This document shows positions 43,556 to 58,168 of a DNA stretch of 64,000 bases, piece by piece. The DNA is taken from the NCBI GenBank assembly GCA_951406725.2, contig OX597828.1, positions 70,556,001-70,620,000 of the forward strand, read 5' to 3'. The position numbers were made by a program, and so were the translations under genes. This stretch comes from Octopus vulgaris. Taxonomy: Eukaryota. The notes below the pieces were generated by a model. That model did not search any database and was not told where the DNA came from. It worked only from the letters and a program-made list of their open reading frames with translations. The first letter of the stretch is position 1. Every line of letters starts with the position of its first letter.

Positions 43556-43606
<51 letters not shown>

Positions 43607-43635
43607 GTGTGTGTGTGGGTGTGTGTGGGTGTGTG

Positions 43636-43694
<59 letters not shown>

Positions 43695-43944
43695 ATGTAT
43701 GTATGTATGTATATATATATATACCTGTATATATGAATATGCGCGCGTACGTGCATGCACGAGTACGCATGTGTGTGTACATATCTATGCATTTATGTGT
43801 GTGTGTGCGTGTGTGTGTATGTGTACGCATGTATATGTATATATGTATGTATAAACACACATTCGCACACATACCATACGCATACATATATATATATGTA
43901 TATGTATATGCATTGTACTATATATGGATAGGTTGACAGGTAGT

Positions 43945-44024
<80 letters not shown>

Positions 44025-44323
44025 AATAACAAAAAGGAAGAGAGACTAGTGATGGAAACCTAAATAATAAAGCCAAAGTAACGGGAGTTAAAACGAAACA
44101 AAACCTCAACGAATGAGAGACAAACGAGAATTGAAAAAAAAATGAAGTTAAATTAAGTTGGAATGAAGATAGTGAAAATAAGGTTTCTTATGGATGTGAC
44201 CTTAGTAATGGGATTGTGTTATAGGAGTGGGGGAGGGGAGAAGATGTGCGTGTGCGTGTGCGTGTGTCTACAAGAGTGTGTGTGTGTTCTGTGTTTTCTA
44301 CTTCATGAAGACAACGTTCATAT

Positions 44324-44448
<125 letters not shown>

Positions 44449-44454
44449 GTATAT

Positions 44455-44498
<44 letters not shown>

Positions 44499-44547
44499 GC
44501 AGACACACACCAACAAATTTATGTTTGTATCTATATGTAAGTATGCA

Positions 44548-44589
<42 letters not shown>

Positions 44590-45469
44590 CACTCCATATA
44601 CATATATATATACAAATGTATATATGTAGATACATATTATGTAGATACATATATATATATATATATATACATCCATTTATACGTAAGTATATATATATAC
44701 ACTCGTATATATATACGCATATATATATGTATATACATGTATATATGCATATATATGTAAATACGTACATATATATATAGATACATTCATAAATATACAC
44801 ATACACTCATACATAGATATGTATGTTTCTGTGTATATATGTATGGATGTATGCATGTATGTATGTATTACACATGTATGTATATGCATGTGCGTGTGTG
44901 TGTTTCTGTTGTTTTCAACAAGATGTTACCTAATATAGCTCTATTGTATTGTATTTATTTAAACGTAAAAAAATAATTTAGACAAATACCACATTCCGTA
45001 GATAAATAAAGTAATAAACGGAGAAGGAAAGTGAGTGAGAGAGAGAGAGAGAGTGAGAGAGATGGAGAAAATGAAAGAGAGAGGGGTTGGTGTAGGGAGA
45101 GTAAGAAATAAATAAACTCAACAATTTGTGTATGTCTTGTTTATAGACATGGGAAGTTGTGGTAATAGATTAGTAGATGATGGCAGTGAGGTGGTGGCGG
45201 GATGTGTTGGCGGTGAAATGTCATGTGGCAGGGAAAAACTATGGTAGGCTGTGTAGGAAATAATCTGTGTATAGAGGCATAATGGTCTTGGAAAGTTATC
45301 CGGTTGAAAATATTTCTTTGGATTTACATCTGCGTGCATACATAGTCTCGGACTCACACACACACACAGGTGTTTGAAAGAATGCAGATACATTTATAAG
45401 TATGCAAATATGTTTGTGTCAGCTTGTAAACTTTGGCCCTGCTGGAGCACTGCCATTTGTGTTACTACA

Positions 45470-45720
45470 GTTTTACTGATTCTTCTTTCTTTAGTCGGAA
45501 TTCGTTGAATGAGGGAGTTTGAAGTTATTTCCTTCACCTGTGTTTCTTGCGGTTCACCTGGAATTCGAGACAGCAGAACGGTTAATTCCTCTTTCAAGAC
45601 ATTTACATTCCCACCATGTAGGTCTCTTAAATCTTTCGGTAGAATATTGGAAAGAAGTGAGCCTTTTGGCCCTAAACTGTTACTGTGTCTGGCCCTAAAC
45701 CTGGAAAGCGAGGAAGGGAT
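45470..45720 (-). mobile_element. CR1-like LINE RT C-terminal fragment
   Basis: SLGPKGSLLSNILPKDLRDLHGGNVNVLKEEL...RIPGEP...SNSL (cf. GPxLFNxLP...FKxxLD...IPDEP...NSL). Confidence 0.6.
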
Positions 45721-46024
45721 CTTTGGCTCTATGCAGTGTTACCCTGTTCAACGTATTAATGTAGTTTTCAATGCCCAAGTTTGGTGCAAGCCCTTCCATG
45801 ATGTTCCAGGATCTTCCAGTCATATATGACTGCATATCTTTCCAGTCTTCACTGCATATCTTTTCCATGTGGGGTGTGAGGGTAGGGGTGTAGGGTGGGT
45901 GGAGTGGATGTGTGTGTGGGGGTGATCAATGAAGAGAGAAGGTGGGTAGGAGTGAAGCTAGGATGTAGGTGTCACATGAAGAGAGAACAGGAGGGGAGTC
46001 AATATAATGACCAGTGAATCGCGA

Positions 46025-46200
46025 AAATATTTAGGCCTTAACGTAGCCAACAAACAGGTTAGCATAGTTGACACCCATTCTAGTTCCCATGGCCACTCCC
46101 GAGAACTCTTGGTAAAAATCCCCCGAGAAGCAGTTGATGGAGAGCATAAGTTCGGCCAGACGAAGAAGTGTGGAGGTGTCAGGTTGGGGATTGGTTTGAT
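46025..46200 (-). mobile_element. Penelope-like element reverse transcriptase fragment
   Basis: PDTSTLLRLAELML...FSGDFYQEFSGVAMGTRMGVNYANLFVGYV, the characteristic PLE RT GxAMG...ANLF motif. Confidence 0.85.
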
Positions 46201-46204
46201 TTAT

Positions 46205-46265
<61 letters not shown>

Positions 46266-46411
46266 ATTCAAATATACATTCTATTATATACATATTCGCA
46301 CGTACACGCACAGCAAACATGCCATATGCGTCTATGCGCGTATGTGGGTATACATATGTATATATTCTTTCATTCTTTTACTTGTTTCAAGTTTCAATCA
46401 TTTAACTGCGG

Positions 46412-46494
<83 letters not shown>

Positions 46495-46501
<7 letters not shown>

Positions 46502-46931
46502 GTTAAAGAGGACAACAACCGTTAAGGCAAGGCAAATATCTCAAGTCATATATATTACTCTTATTGAAAAAAATTTTAAGTTTTACAACTGTTTCTGAGA
46601 TGTCCCTGAGTATGGGATATCACGTGATCAGAGACAAATAGGAAAAATGAGAAGAGTATAGATTAGTGAAATGATGACATAGAGGACAGGATTAAAGGAA
46701 TAAGGAGATGAAGAGAGAGAAATAAGAGCATAAGTCCTTAGGGGCAATCCTGCGTAGATCCATGCGAGTTAAAGTCCTGATATTGTAAACATCCAGAAAA
46801 AAGGCGCGAACATACTCTGGGATATCCCAGAAACAGCTGTAAGAATTTTTTTCCAATAATAATAATCATGTATATGACTTAAGATGTTTGCCTTGCCTTA
46901 ACACTTGTTGTTCTCTTTAACAATTATATAT
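46495..46931. repeat. Penelope-like unit with ~120-bp inverted arms next to (TA)n, decayed hammerhead halves
   Basis: 46495-46615 is the reverse complement of ~46813-46931. GAAA-cagctg-TA on the + arm; CTGATCA...GAAA-cagttg-TA on the - arm. Confidence 0.65.
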
Positions 46932-47067
46932 CCGCTATATCAGAAATCTGCAATGGCTCCATAACTATCGTCTCGGCTGTGATCTTGGAGCCCTGATAAT
47001 CCGTTACAGCACTTACCTAGTGTACCTAATAGTTTAGATCACCTGTAAACCAAACGTCCACACTTTG

Positions 47068-47165
<98 letters not shown>

Positions 47166-47261
47166 TAGAAGAAATGAGGTAATCAGAAGATCGGATGGTT
47201 CATATTTATAGATATTTATTTATATATTACATTTTTTACATATATATATCATATCATTCAG

Positions 47262-47304
47262 ATTATTAGCGCTTTCTCCCATTCTAGTGGGGTTTTCAAA
47301 TCAA
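47262..47304 (-). ncRNA. Decayed minimal hammerhead motif
   Basis: TTGAAAA-c-ccca ctagaa tggg-a-GAAA-gcgc-TA; palindromic agcgct helix III; core mutated. Confidence 0.45.
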
Positions 47305-48366
47305 ATTGAATATATATATATGTATATATATATATACATATACACACGCAAATATAAATATGTACACACATATACATGCGCGCGCACATATGCACATCCA
47401 TCACTGTTCACGGGTTACCAAATGCTCATAGGTTATTTTTTTTTATTAAAGACGGATCCTGCTGCCATCTTTAAATTAGGGGATGTTTTTTATATGGCGG
47501 AGAGACCTGGACCTTGTAAGAACTTAAGATTAGAGACCAAACAAATAATTAAGGGAGCTTTTAATGAATAAGTAGATAGACACAGCAACGGTAGCAAGGG
47601 TTCTGTTCGAAACTACGTCGCTGATATCTGCTATGAACGACGCAAGAAAAACAGACATACTGACAACGAGCCAAGGGGCGTATATAGTCACTCGATTTAC
47701 TAGAAATAGCAGTCAAATTTCCATCAAATCACATCGTTCTATTATATAAATGAAACGGATACACATTCTGTACATATGTCATCATTCTTCTAACGATCAC
47801 TTTTCTGTGCGTGCAAAGGCCAGAGTTTTGTTTACGTTGATTCTCTACAGCCGGATGCCTTTCCAGTCACCAATCCTCACTGGCTTTTACGTAAGTTAAT
47901 ATTTCTCCATAAACAAACATGTTTTCACAGAAGATTAGGAACAGATAACATCGTTTGCATTATATATATATATACACATACATAGTCCAAATAAGAAGAC
48001 AAAGAAAAATATTAACGCATCATTAATGACCGGTTACAATCGTTTCTATACTAACTGCTTTCAATACCAGTTCATGCAAAAGCAGTGTAGAAAGTAGAGT
48101 TGATGCAGAAACTGATCATTAAAGATGTGTTAATGATCAGATTGTAACTGATCAATAAAGATGTGTCAAAGTCTTTCTTTGTCGTCTTACTCGGATTATA
48201 TTTTACTCTTCGCCAAACCCACAAAACTTTTTTTTACCGTCGTGAAATCTAGATTTTCTACACCTGAAGAATTTCTATATTAGACTGGAATCCGACAGTG
48301 TAGAATGTCTAAAGCTCGGGTTGAGTGCTGCAGTGAAAATACCCCATTTTTCCACCCACCCAGGAC

Positions 48367-48416
<50 letters not shown>

Positions 48417-48661
48417 TTGATTAAGTTAAAACATGGGTCTGGTTTTCATGTTTTTATTACTGGATTTTTAAAAAATGTTACAATATTGAAGTGTGCTAAA
48501 CAATAAAAAATATTTTATACTGTTCATAAAGTTCAATTTTCGCTTTCATACGTTCGTAGTAATCATCAGATTTCAAAATGTATTTAACTAACAGTTGAGT
48601 TCTTGACAACTGTACTAAAACGACTGACCTCTTCCTGTTTACACTTCTTAGCAGGCTCCAA

Positions 48662-48722
<61 letters not shown>

Positions 48723-48794
48723 TATAGATATATACATGCATGCATACATACACATACATAATACATACATACATACATACATACATACATACAC

Positions 48795-48960
48795 GACTGA
48801 CTGCTTTCAGTTTCTCTCTACGGAGTCCACACACAAAGCTTTGGTGGGCCCTTCTCTATGGCAGACGACATGTAGTCAAGTTACCACGCAGAAGAATTGA
48901 ACACAGAACCATATGGTTTGGAAAACAAATGTCTCCACACACGTCCACACCTGTGCCTGT
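48795..48960 (-). mobile_element. SINE family B head (diverged)
   Basis: ctttcagtttc...aaagctttggtgggccc...gaaccatatggttt. Confidence 0.6.
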
Positions 48961-49550
48961 GTGGTTAAAAATATTGCAATCAATAAGAAGGAATGGTCAC
49001 GGATGGAAGACATTTGATCATAGGTCTCCTCGGTAACAACTTACCTAGTGTTAAACAACAACAACAGCAATTTCTTATTTGTCTACAGAATCTGTTTTAT
49101 ACCATTTTATCCTTTTAACCTTTCAAACAAACGAAATATTAGCGTCATCGCTTTCTCACATTCTCTGAAAAATTTGGTTGTAATTGCACGTGGAATTGTC
49201 TGCCAGACAACCATATGTTGTATGTTTCTCAATCATCTGCCGGAATATTATTGGCAAAGTCTGCCAGAGATAACATTATTTTCTACACAGCCTGGATCTT
49301 CGAGTCTCGAAGAGAAACGAATTGTGAAATTAAACAACAACAGCAAAAGACAACAACAAAAACAGCATTAACAGAAGGAGTAACAACAACAACAACAACA
49401 ACTAATAAAAAGTAGCAATAACAAAAGGAACAACAACAACAAGCAGAAGAAGAACAACAAGACGAACACTACTTGTAGATTACGTCAGAGTCAACAAGGC
49501 AGTTGTTCCCGCACGATGGGGAAGGCTGGGTGTGTATATATGTGTGTATC

Positions 49551-49632
<82 letters not shown>

Positions 49633-50405
49633 TGTATGTATGTATGTATGTATGTATATGTATATGTATATGAGTGTACATCTGTGCATGGTATGTATGT
49701 ATGTGTTTATATATATATATATATATATATTGTTATATATCTTTGTATGTGTATATGTGTTTATGTGTGAGTGTATGCACTGTGTGTGTGTGTGTGTGTG
49801 CCCATGTGCGTGCGGGTGTGGTCTTTTGTCTCCAAATATTGTAGATAAAGTTTGAAAGAAATCTAAGTATTTTTTCAGGCAGATTTCAATATAACGTACA
49901 CACATAGCATGTCTACAGCCATAACATATACACATCCACAGTTTCACATACATCCTTCCATATGTAAGTATGTATGTATGCATGCATTTATAAGTGTGTG
50001 TGCGTGTGTGTGTGTGGTGTGTGTGTGTGTGTGCCTTTATCTAACACAATTACGCAGCAATATAGATATGAAATCTGTGACGCTAAAATGTAAGGAAGAA
50101 GCCTGAAGCCATGTTAGGAACATCTGCAGTCGAAGTGGAGTGTCTTGTGAATTAATTTCTTATATTTGGTAAAATATTTTGACTGAAATGTTTGGTAAAG
50201 TGGTTTTACTGAAATGTTTGTTGAAACATTTTTCGAGAAATGTTTGATGATTTTTTAATTTTTTCATTTGAATGTTTGATGACAGGAACTATAGAGCGAA
50301 ATCCTTTATATATTTGGTGAAACGTTACATTAACTAAAAAAGGCAAAATTTGAACAATTATTTATCGAAGCAGATATAATAGATAAGATCAATACAACAA
50401 TTGTG

Positions 50406-50454
<49 letters not shown>

Positions 50455-50456
<2 letters not shown>

Positions 50457-50670
50457 AGCAGACTGGGCAAATGAGTAGCGGCATTTCGTCCGGCTCTTTA
50501 CGTTCTAAACTCAAATTCCGCCGAGGTTGACTTTTTCATTCTTTCGGGGTTCGATAAAATAAATACCTCCTCCTCTGAAATTGCTGGCGAAATGCTTAGC
50601 GATATTCCGTCTGTCGTTACATTCTGAGTTCAGTTCAAATCCCGCCGAGGTCGACTTTACCTTTCATCAT
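50455..50670 (+). mobile_element. SINE family A (two partial units)
   Basis: tcaaattccgccgaggttgac...ttcggggttcgataa, and a second gttcaaatcccgccgaggtcgactttacctttcat. Confidence 0.7.
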
Positions 50671-50814
50671 GTGCGGGAAAAGGAGGGGAAGACTATGCAG
50701 AGAGTGGAATGAAAACTTTGCTAAGTTCTTCGGCACCCAAGCAAATGTCAGAATCCCCAATAGTGGGACAGTCCATTTAACCGAGATTATTCTGATAATG
50801 ATGATGATGATGAT

Positions 50815-51703
50815 GATACGTCATCAAAACTGAAAATTGTCTAATGAAAGAAAAAGTTAAAGAAGAAATGAACACAAAAAACATAAAAAGCACGGAAGAA
50901 AAAAAATGTACGATCAGTTTGCCAGAGATGTGTACACCAAGACAGGTACAGAGGACGGTGGCTATGGATGAGGAGGAGTAACCTGAAGATAGAGACCTCA
51001 TAAGCGCAGCTCAAGAGCAAGTGTTAAGGATCAACTCTATGAAGTGCGGAATGTGTTGTGAGAAGGGTGAAAGGGTATGGAACATCGTTAGCGATTGCCC
51101 GAAATTAGCACAACGGGAATACAAAAGATGTCATGACAATGTAGCAAGAATGATCCATTTGGAGCTCTGTGGAAATCACAGCCTACAAAGAGCAAAGACG
51201 TGGTATGAGAAAACCCCAGGAGTTACCGAAAATGAGAATTGCAAAATCTTGTGGAATGTAATGAATGATCCAGTGCGATCACCTGACCAGACATCGGAAA
51301 CCTGACATTATTGTGGTGAATATGAAAGAAAGAGCATGTATGATAATTGACATAGCATGCCCCGGTGACAACAGGATCAATGTGAATTTTTTTTTAAATA
51401 AACAACTATGATGATTTAAAGTGGCAAATACGAAGATTGTGCTCAATGAAGAGAGTAGAGGTGATACCAATAGTAATTGGGGCACTTGTAAGTATCAGCA
51501 CTCAACTACCAACATGGTTGAAAAAGATCAGTGCAAGTGTGAAGGTAGAACATCTACAAAAACCAGCATTGCTTGGAACTGTAAGAATTCTTTGCAAGGA
51601 TCTTGAAGCATGACCAGTAAAACAAGTGGCACCTTAGTCTGATGGCTGTGGACAGCTGACACCTTCCATCATACCCAGCAAAATAAGCTGTAAGCTTTCA
51701 TCA
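50815..51703 (+). mobile_element. 5'-truncated R4/Dong-like element, a further subfamily
   Basis: CGMCCEKGERVWNIVSDCPKLAQREYKRCHDNVA; KPDIIVV...IIDIACPGD; IPIVIGAL; LQKPALLGTVRIL; followed by (TAA)n. Confidence 0.85.
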
Positions 51704-51718
51704 CATAATAATAATAAT

Positions 51719-51754
<36 letters not shown>

Positions 51755-52011
51755 AATAATAATAATGGGGGTGACGATGTATATAAACACAAAAAATACA
51801 GTAAGTAGTTTCCTAAATTGTTCGAATATACCTGAAGCCTATTTGAACTGTAAACCAGTTTGTATTTATATACATTACTGCTTTGCTTAGTCCCCTTAGT
51901 ATCTTTTACTTCGGATGAGCAGCTGAGTAGCGCAACCATTCATTGAACGATGACAGGAATATCATAAGGGAGAGCTGTCTTTTGTCAGTTTATGGCGTTC
52001 GCTTTTCCGAT

Positions 52012-52058
52012 CTCTGCTGCTGAAGAGGAGATAAGCACTCCGAAATGCATGCATCTCA
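52012..52058 (+). ncRNA. Hammerhead motif with intact core and weak helix I
   Basis: CTGAAGA-ggag ataagca ctcc-GAAA-tgcatgca-TC; palindromic atgcatgcat helix III. Confidence 0.6.
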
Positions 52059-52358
52059 CTGTTTTCTTAGGTGACTCTGTGAACTGACGCGGTGTATTTA
52101 CAGCATTCTGTCAACAGCGAGAAATTTTCTCGCTTGACAAACTACAGTGAATGTCTTTCTTACAGGTTCGAATATGCCTCAAGCATATTTGAACTGGTGA
52201 CATATATACATATACATATATATATATATATATATATATCATCATATGTTTCATGGTATCTGCGCGCGTGCGCGTGTGTGTGAGTGTATTATATTATATA
52301 TTATTTACATATGTATATTATTCGTGGAATACAACGCCTAAATGTATTGGAACTAAAC

Positions 52359-52426
<68 letters not shown>

Positions 52427-53055
52427 GCAGGCAGGCAGGCAGGAACACTTGACAGAATTAACAATGTCTCGGGAAACTAGTCAAAGCGACTTTAACAAGT
52501 ACAGACATTGCGCTATGCTATGCTCTCCTCTTTACTAAAGATATTTCTCTAGAACTTTCCCCCCTCCATTTAGCAGTAAATAGGCCCCATGTAGAGATAC
52601 AGTTCTCTGTGAATTGTCACAAATGCACTCGGTATAATTAATGACTCTGTTGTTAGTGGTGGGAGTTCGAATCCAACAGCGGTTACTGACAGGATAACTT
52701 TCAAATTCTCTCTCAACCGCAACAGTTTTTTGCTCTGTCTGTCTGTTTAGCGCTCCCCCCTCTTGTCAATCTCACAGTCTGTCTCGCTCTCTATCTATCT
52801 ACTTCTTTCCCACACAGTCTCTCTCTCCTCCTCCCTTTCTCTCTCTCTTTCTCACTCTCTCACTCTCCATCTCTTCTACACACACACACACACACACACA
52901 CGTACATACACAATCACTTTCATATTTCATCGTCACACTTTCTCTTTGACATTCCCAGACACACACGCACACACACACACACACATACGCCAATACATAC
53001 AATAACTCCTTCTCCTCCCCCCTCTCCCTCTCACACACACGCGCGCATTTAATTT

Positions 53056-53098
<43 letters not shown>

Positions 53099-53726
53099 CT
53101 CTCGTGCTTTCATTTCCCTATCGCTCTCTCTTTCTCTCTCGTTCATACATTCATTTCTCCAGCTTCTCTTTCTCACTCATTCTCTTCGATTACTCTCCCT
53201 CTCTTGTATTCTTTGCCCTATCACCCTCTCCCCTCCCTCTTTCTCTCAAGCATTCGTTTCCCTTATTCTCTCTCTCTCTCTCTCTCATGCAACCGCGCAC
53301 GCAGACACATACTCTTCTTCTGTCTCTCCCTCTCTCTGTCATTCTGTCTCACTGCCACTCCCTATCTGTATCTCCCCCCTCTCTCCCTCTCTCACTAACC
53401 CATTTCCTTCCCCCACCTCTTCCTCATTCCTCCAATCCACAAGAGAGATCACCAAGAGACGACTAAAGAAAGCAACAATGGCGACTGGATTTGATAGAGT
53501 GTCGTCTGCTCTTCCCTTTAAGCCGGCATGAGGATTTAATCTGGACGAAGACGTTATAAATCAGAGAAAAAGTCAAGTAATATTATACGTGTTGAATCAT
53601 CGTTGGCCTCATGACTCCAATGTTGGCAACAAGGCAACAGAAACAAACCTAACTATAAGTATCTTATAGACTTCAACATACATCTGTGTCAGTGGGTTGA
53701 GCAAAGATGAGAAATGTTACATGTGT

Positions 53727-53758
<32 letters not shown>

Positions 53759-53878
53759 TGCGTGTGTGAGTGTGTGTTTGTGCATGTCTGTAAGGGTTAT
53801 TTGTATATTTACATATATTTTCGTCTGTATGTACGAATGCTGAATCAAAATGTTATATTACACATACACGCACGCACG

Positions 53879-53915
<37 letters not shown>

Positions 53916-54187
53916 ATGAGTGAGCATCTGGTAGGGGTTGCATGTATTATTGAATAACAGTTTGATTCAATCCCATGAAATTTAAAGTTTCGTTGGTTCC
54001 TAGAACGAACGTAAATCCTAGGCATCTAGAGAGAGAGAGAGAGAGAGAGATAAGAAAGAGAGGAGAGAGAGGAGAGAGAGGAGAGGGGCAAACAGACAGA
54101 CAGACAGAGAGAGAGAGGAGGAGGGAGAGATTTTCGTTAGGTTCGTTCTATGAGCCTATGAAACTTGAAGTTGCATGGTATTGGGTC

Positions 54188-54491
54188 AATACCATGGGAT
54201 TGCACCTAGAAAGTTACCCTCCGGGACACAAGTCCAGGCAAGGTTGTTTGTGAAACGCCAGCAGTTGCCCATGCATACCGGCACCCCACTCTCCACACCA
54301 CCGATGTTATCCAAGGGAGAGGCTAAGGGGCCGATACCGCTTGGCACCAGTGACATTGCAACACATTTCTACAGCTGAGTGAACTGGAGCAATGTGAAAT
54401 AAAGTGTCTTGCTTCAGAACACAACACGCAGCAGGGTCCGGGAATCGAACTCACAAACTCGCGATCGTAAGCTCGACGCTCTAACCACTGA
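54188..54491 (-). mobile_element. tRNA-derived SINE (family C-like head and core with a different tail)
   Basis: Reverse complement: cagtggttagagcgtcg...gagttcgattcccgg...gcaagacactttatttcac...cactcagctg. Confidence 0.75.
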
Positions 54492-54494
54492 GAC

Positions 54495-54534
<40 letters not shown>

Positions 54535-54669
54535 ATAGAGAGAGAGAGAAAGAGAGAGAGAGATACGAGAGGCTGCTCAATATTCCTGGCTTTAAGAACA
54601 TCGCGAAAGGTCTTGTTGGGGGACCAAGAAAAGCTGAAGAAGTTTGTGAATCTAAGAGTGAATATACTG

Positions 54670-54739
<70 letters not shown>

Positions 54740-54846
54740 CAGACAGACATAAATGCTTATATATGCATTATACATACGCATTATACGCATACATATATGA
54801 ACATGCATATAGATCTATGTATATCTGTCTGGTTATTGCTTTCTCG

Positions 54847-54951
<105 letters not shown>

Positions 54952-55261
54952 TCCATAGAGATATATACATACATGTGTACATAAATACACACGCACATGT
55001 ATGTATGTAAGTATGTATTCCAGCCAGAACGGAGTGTGAGAAAGATGTTGAAGATGAGAAGAAGACAAGACACCAGTTGCAGGATTAACAGCAGCAGCAG
55101 CAGTAGCAGCAGCGGCAGCGGCAGCAGAAGCAATATGGCGACATTGTTGAGAGAACGGCTGCCATCCAGAATAAATTCTGTTGGTTTGGTTCTTAATTTT
55201 GCTTTCTGTTTTTGTTCACCATGGCAATGTTCTTCTCTTGTCTCTCAAATGTTGTTGTTGC

Positions 55262-55298
<37 letters not shown>

Positions 55299-55565
55299 CA
55301 TCTTCTTGTTTACTCATTTTTTGTCATGTTTTATTTTTGCTTGTTTCTGTTTGTTTTTTTTATAATTATTTTTTGTTCTTTTTTTATGCTTTGTTGTGTA
55401 TCTTTTTGTTTCTCTTTTTGTTTTGTTTTTCCTCTCTGCTCCTTGTTCGTTTCTCAACAGTTGAGTTGAAGGAATGAAATGGGAGGAGAGATGGAATAAC
55501 AACAACGAAAACAACAACAACAACAACAACATGAACATCAACAACAACAAAACTAAGAAAAAACC

Positions 55566-55682
55566 CAACAAAAACAAAAATCAACAAAAACAAAAATCAA
55601 CAAAAACAAAAATCAACAAAAACAAAAATCAACAAAAACAAAAATCAACAAAAACAAAAATCAACAAAAACAAAAATCAACA
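55566..55682. repeat. 16-bp minisatellite (tcaacaaaaacaaaaa) x ~7
   Basis: T recurs at 55581, 55597, 55613, 55629, 55645, 55661 and 55677. Confidence 0.9.
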
Positions 55683-55832
55683 TCGCCAAGAACGGAAACA
55701 AAAAAAAACAAACAAAACCGCAATAACCACCTTTAACAAAACATCAACAATAACAACAACAACATCAAGATCGTCAACAATAACATCAACAACAACAAAA
55801 ACAACACAACTGTTATAGCGATACTATTTTCT

Positions 55833-56212
55833 CTTTTATCTTTTACTACTTTCAGCCTGTGGCCATGCTGGGGCACCACCTTCAAGAATTTCTCGTCGAA
55901 TGATAATGCTTTTTAAGCTTGGTACTTATTCTATCGAGATCTTTTGTCGAACCGCTAGTTACTGGAAAGTAAACACACCAACACCGGTTGTCAAGCGGTG
56001 AGGGACAAACACAGACACAAAGGCATACACACACACATATGTACATATACGACGGGATTCTTTCAGTTTCTGTCTGCCAAATCCATTTACAAGGCTTTCG
56101 TCAGCCCAGGGTTATAGTAGAAGACACTAGTCCAAGGCACCACGCAGTGGGACTGAACCTGGAACCCTGTGTTTGCTAAGCAAACTTCTTACCGCACAGC
56201 CACGCCTGCGCC
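55833..56212 (-). mobile_element. SINE family B
   Basis: Full reverse-complement match, head to tail. Confidence 0.85.
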
Positions 56213-56440
56213 TCTGACAATAATGACCTTTTTTTCCTTTCTATTATTTGGACACAATAATAATAATCAATAACAATAATGTTTCTAATTTAGACACAAA
56301 ATCAACAGTTTGGAGGAAAGGAGTGATGGTCAGTACTTTTGACCCCAGTACTCAACTGGTATCTTAATATACAGAACCGCCGAAAGGATGAAAGGCGAAG
56401 TTAGCATCGATAGGACTAGAATATGGAGATTGTTATTACG

Positions 56441-56523
<83 letters not shown>

Positions 56524-56528
56524 CATTA

Positions 56529-56638
<110 letters not shown>

Positions 56639-57188
56639 GAGTGAGAGAGCAGTGCATGCCATCAAAGTGACACTGGGGTAAAAAATACGAAGCTCAGTAT
56701 ACCCATCATGACTACCCGTCTGATAAGGGTACACCAGGCACATGCATCACAACCATATGTGCGCGACATGGTGATCTCATATCAAGATAAACAGTACATG
56801 ACCTTGCAGATGGGGCCCAGTTAGAATTTTCTTCTGGTCGAGTAGCCCTATCCCGCTCAAAAGGTCCCTGAATAAGGATTGTTTAAGGATGCTGAAAGAA
56901 CCACCCATGTTTCTAAAGATATATTATTCAAACCCTAAAGAATCCCTCTCAACACATGGCTATGATACTCCCCCACTACTTCTGCTAGTGATCAGAGATG
57001 CACATATCGTCAGCCACCAAGGGACATGCTCAACTGGTTAAGGTCAAGCAACTGACAAGCAAATCCGTGGTATTGAGCAGAATATTTGCTGTAGCCCATC
57101 TTTTATACCAAGACAAAACAACATACATGATAACACTTCCAATCAGTTAAGATCAGAAGCCACGAGAACCACTGCCCGGTACTGCATC
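56639..57188 (-). mobile_element. ~550-bp element in (TAA)n, copy 3
   Basis: Reverse complement of copies 1 and 2; (TTA)n on both sides. Confidence 0.9.
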
Positions 57189-57201
57189 ATTATTATTATT
57201 A

Positions 57202-57236
<35 letters not shown>

Positions 57237-57299
57237 ATTATTATTGTTTTTGTTGTTGGTGTTGTGGTTGTTGTTGTTGTTGTTGTTGTTATTTAGTTT

Positions 57300-57835
57300 T
57301 TCTTCTTTGAATTTAATTACTATTTGTTACGTTACCGAGTGTCTTTCCGACACCTAGGGCAAAAAAAATCTCACTGTATGCATTGGTAGGCGATTAAAAT
57401 AAATCAATCAGACTGCTCATTTACAAAGTCATGTGATAGAAAAAAGGAAAAAAAGAAAAAAAAAAAGAAGATAGATAAAAGAAAAATATTCCCAGTGACA
57501 ATTCTCTTCTCAATACGTGTGGCCAGTTACCAGTTAAGACAATTTTTTACACTTCTTGTAGGGATGGAAAGCCAGAGATCATCCCCAAATAATTTTCAGA
57601 TTCACATTGATTATTCCAAGTGCCCCTGTGATCATTGGTATTATAAAATGACATGAGGCGCCGCATTTTTTCAATTTCAATCAGCAAATCTTTATATTTT
57701 CTGAGCTTATCAAATTCTTTTGCTGAGATATCATGATTACAAGAGATTCATGTCGATCAATAAACAGACTTTCTTGTTCTGGTCTTTCACAATAATATAT
57801 GGCTTATTTGCTTTGATGGTTCTGTCTGTATATAC
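57300..57835 (-). mobile_element. R4/Dong-like element 3' fragment (RLE domain plus 3' UTR)
   Basis: TIKANKPYIIVKDQNKKVCLLIDM...ISAKEFDKLRKYKDLLIEIEKM...GALGII...HVLRR; 3' UTR shared with 29815-30017. Confidence 0.85.
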
Positions 57836-57838
57836 TGG

Positions 57839-58168
57839 AAGCACTCCGTCGGTTACGACGATGAGGGTTCCGATTGATCCGAATCAACGGAACAGCCTGC
57901 TCGTGAAATTAACGTGTAAGTGGCTGAGCACTCCACAGACACGTGTACCCTTAACGTAGTTCTCGGGGATATTCAGCGTGACACAGAGAGTGACAAGGCC
58001 GGCCCTTTGAAATATAGGTACAACAGAAACAGGAAATAAGAGTGAGAGAAAGTTGTGGTGAAAGAGTACAGCAGGGATCACCACCATCCCCTGCCCGGTC
58101 TGGGAATCGAAACCGCGATCCTATGACCGCGAGTCCACTGCCCTAACCACTGGGCCATTGCGCCTCCA
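57839..58168 (-). mobile_element. SINE family C
   Basis: Reverse complement: ggaggcgcaatggcccagtggttagggcag...ttcgattccc...aatttcacgagcaggctgttccg...cgtaaccgacggagtgc. Confidence 0.85.
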
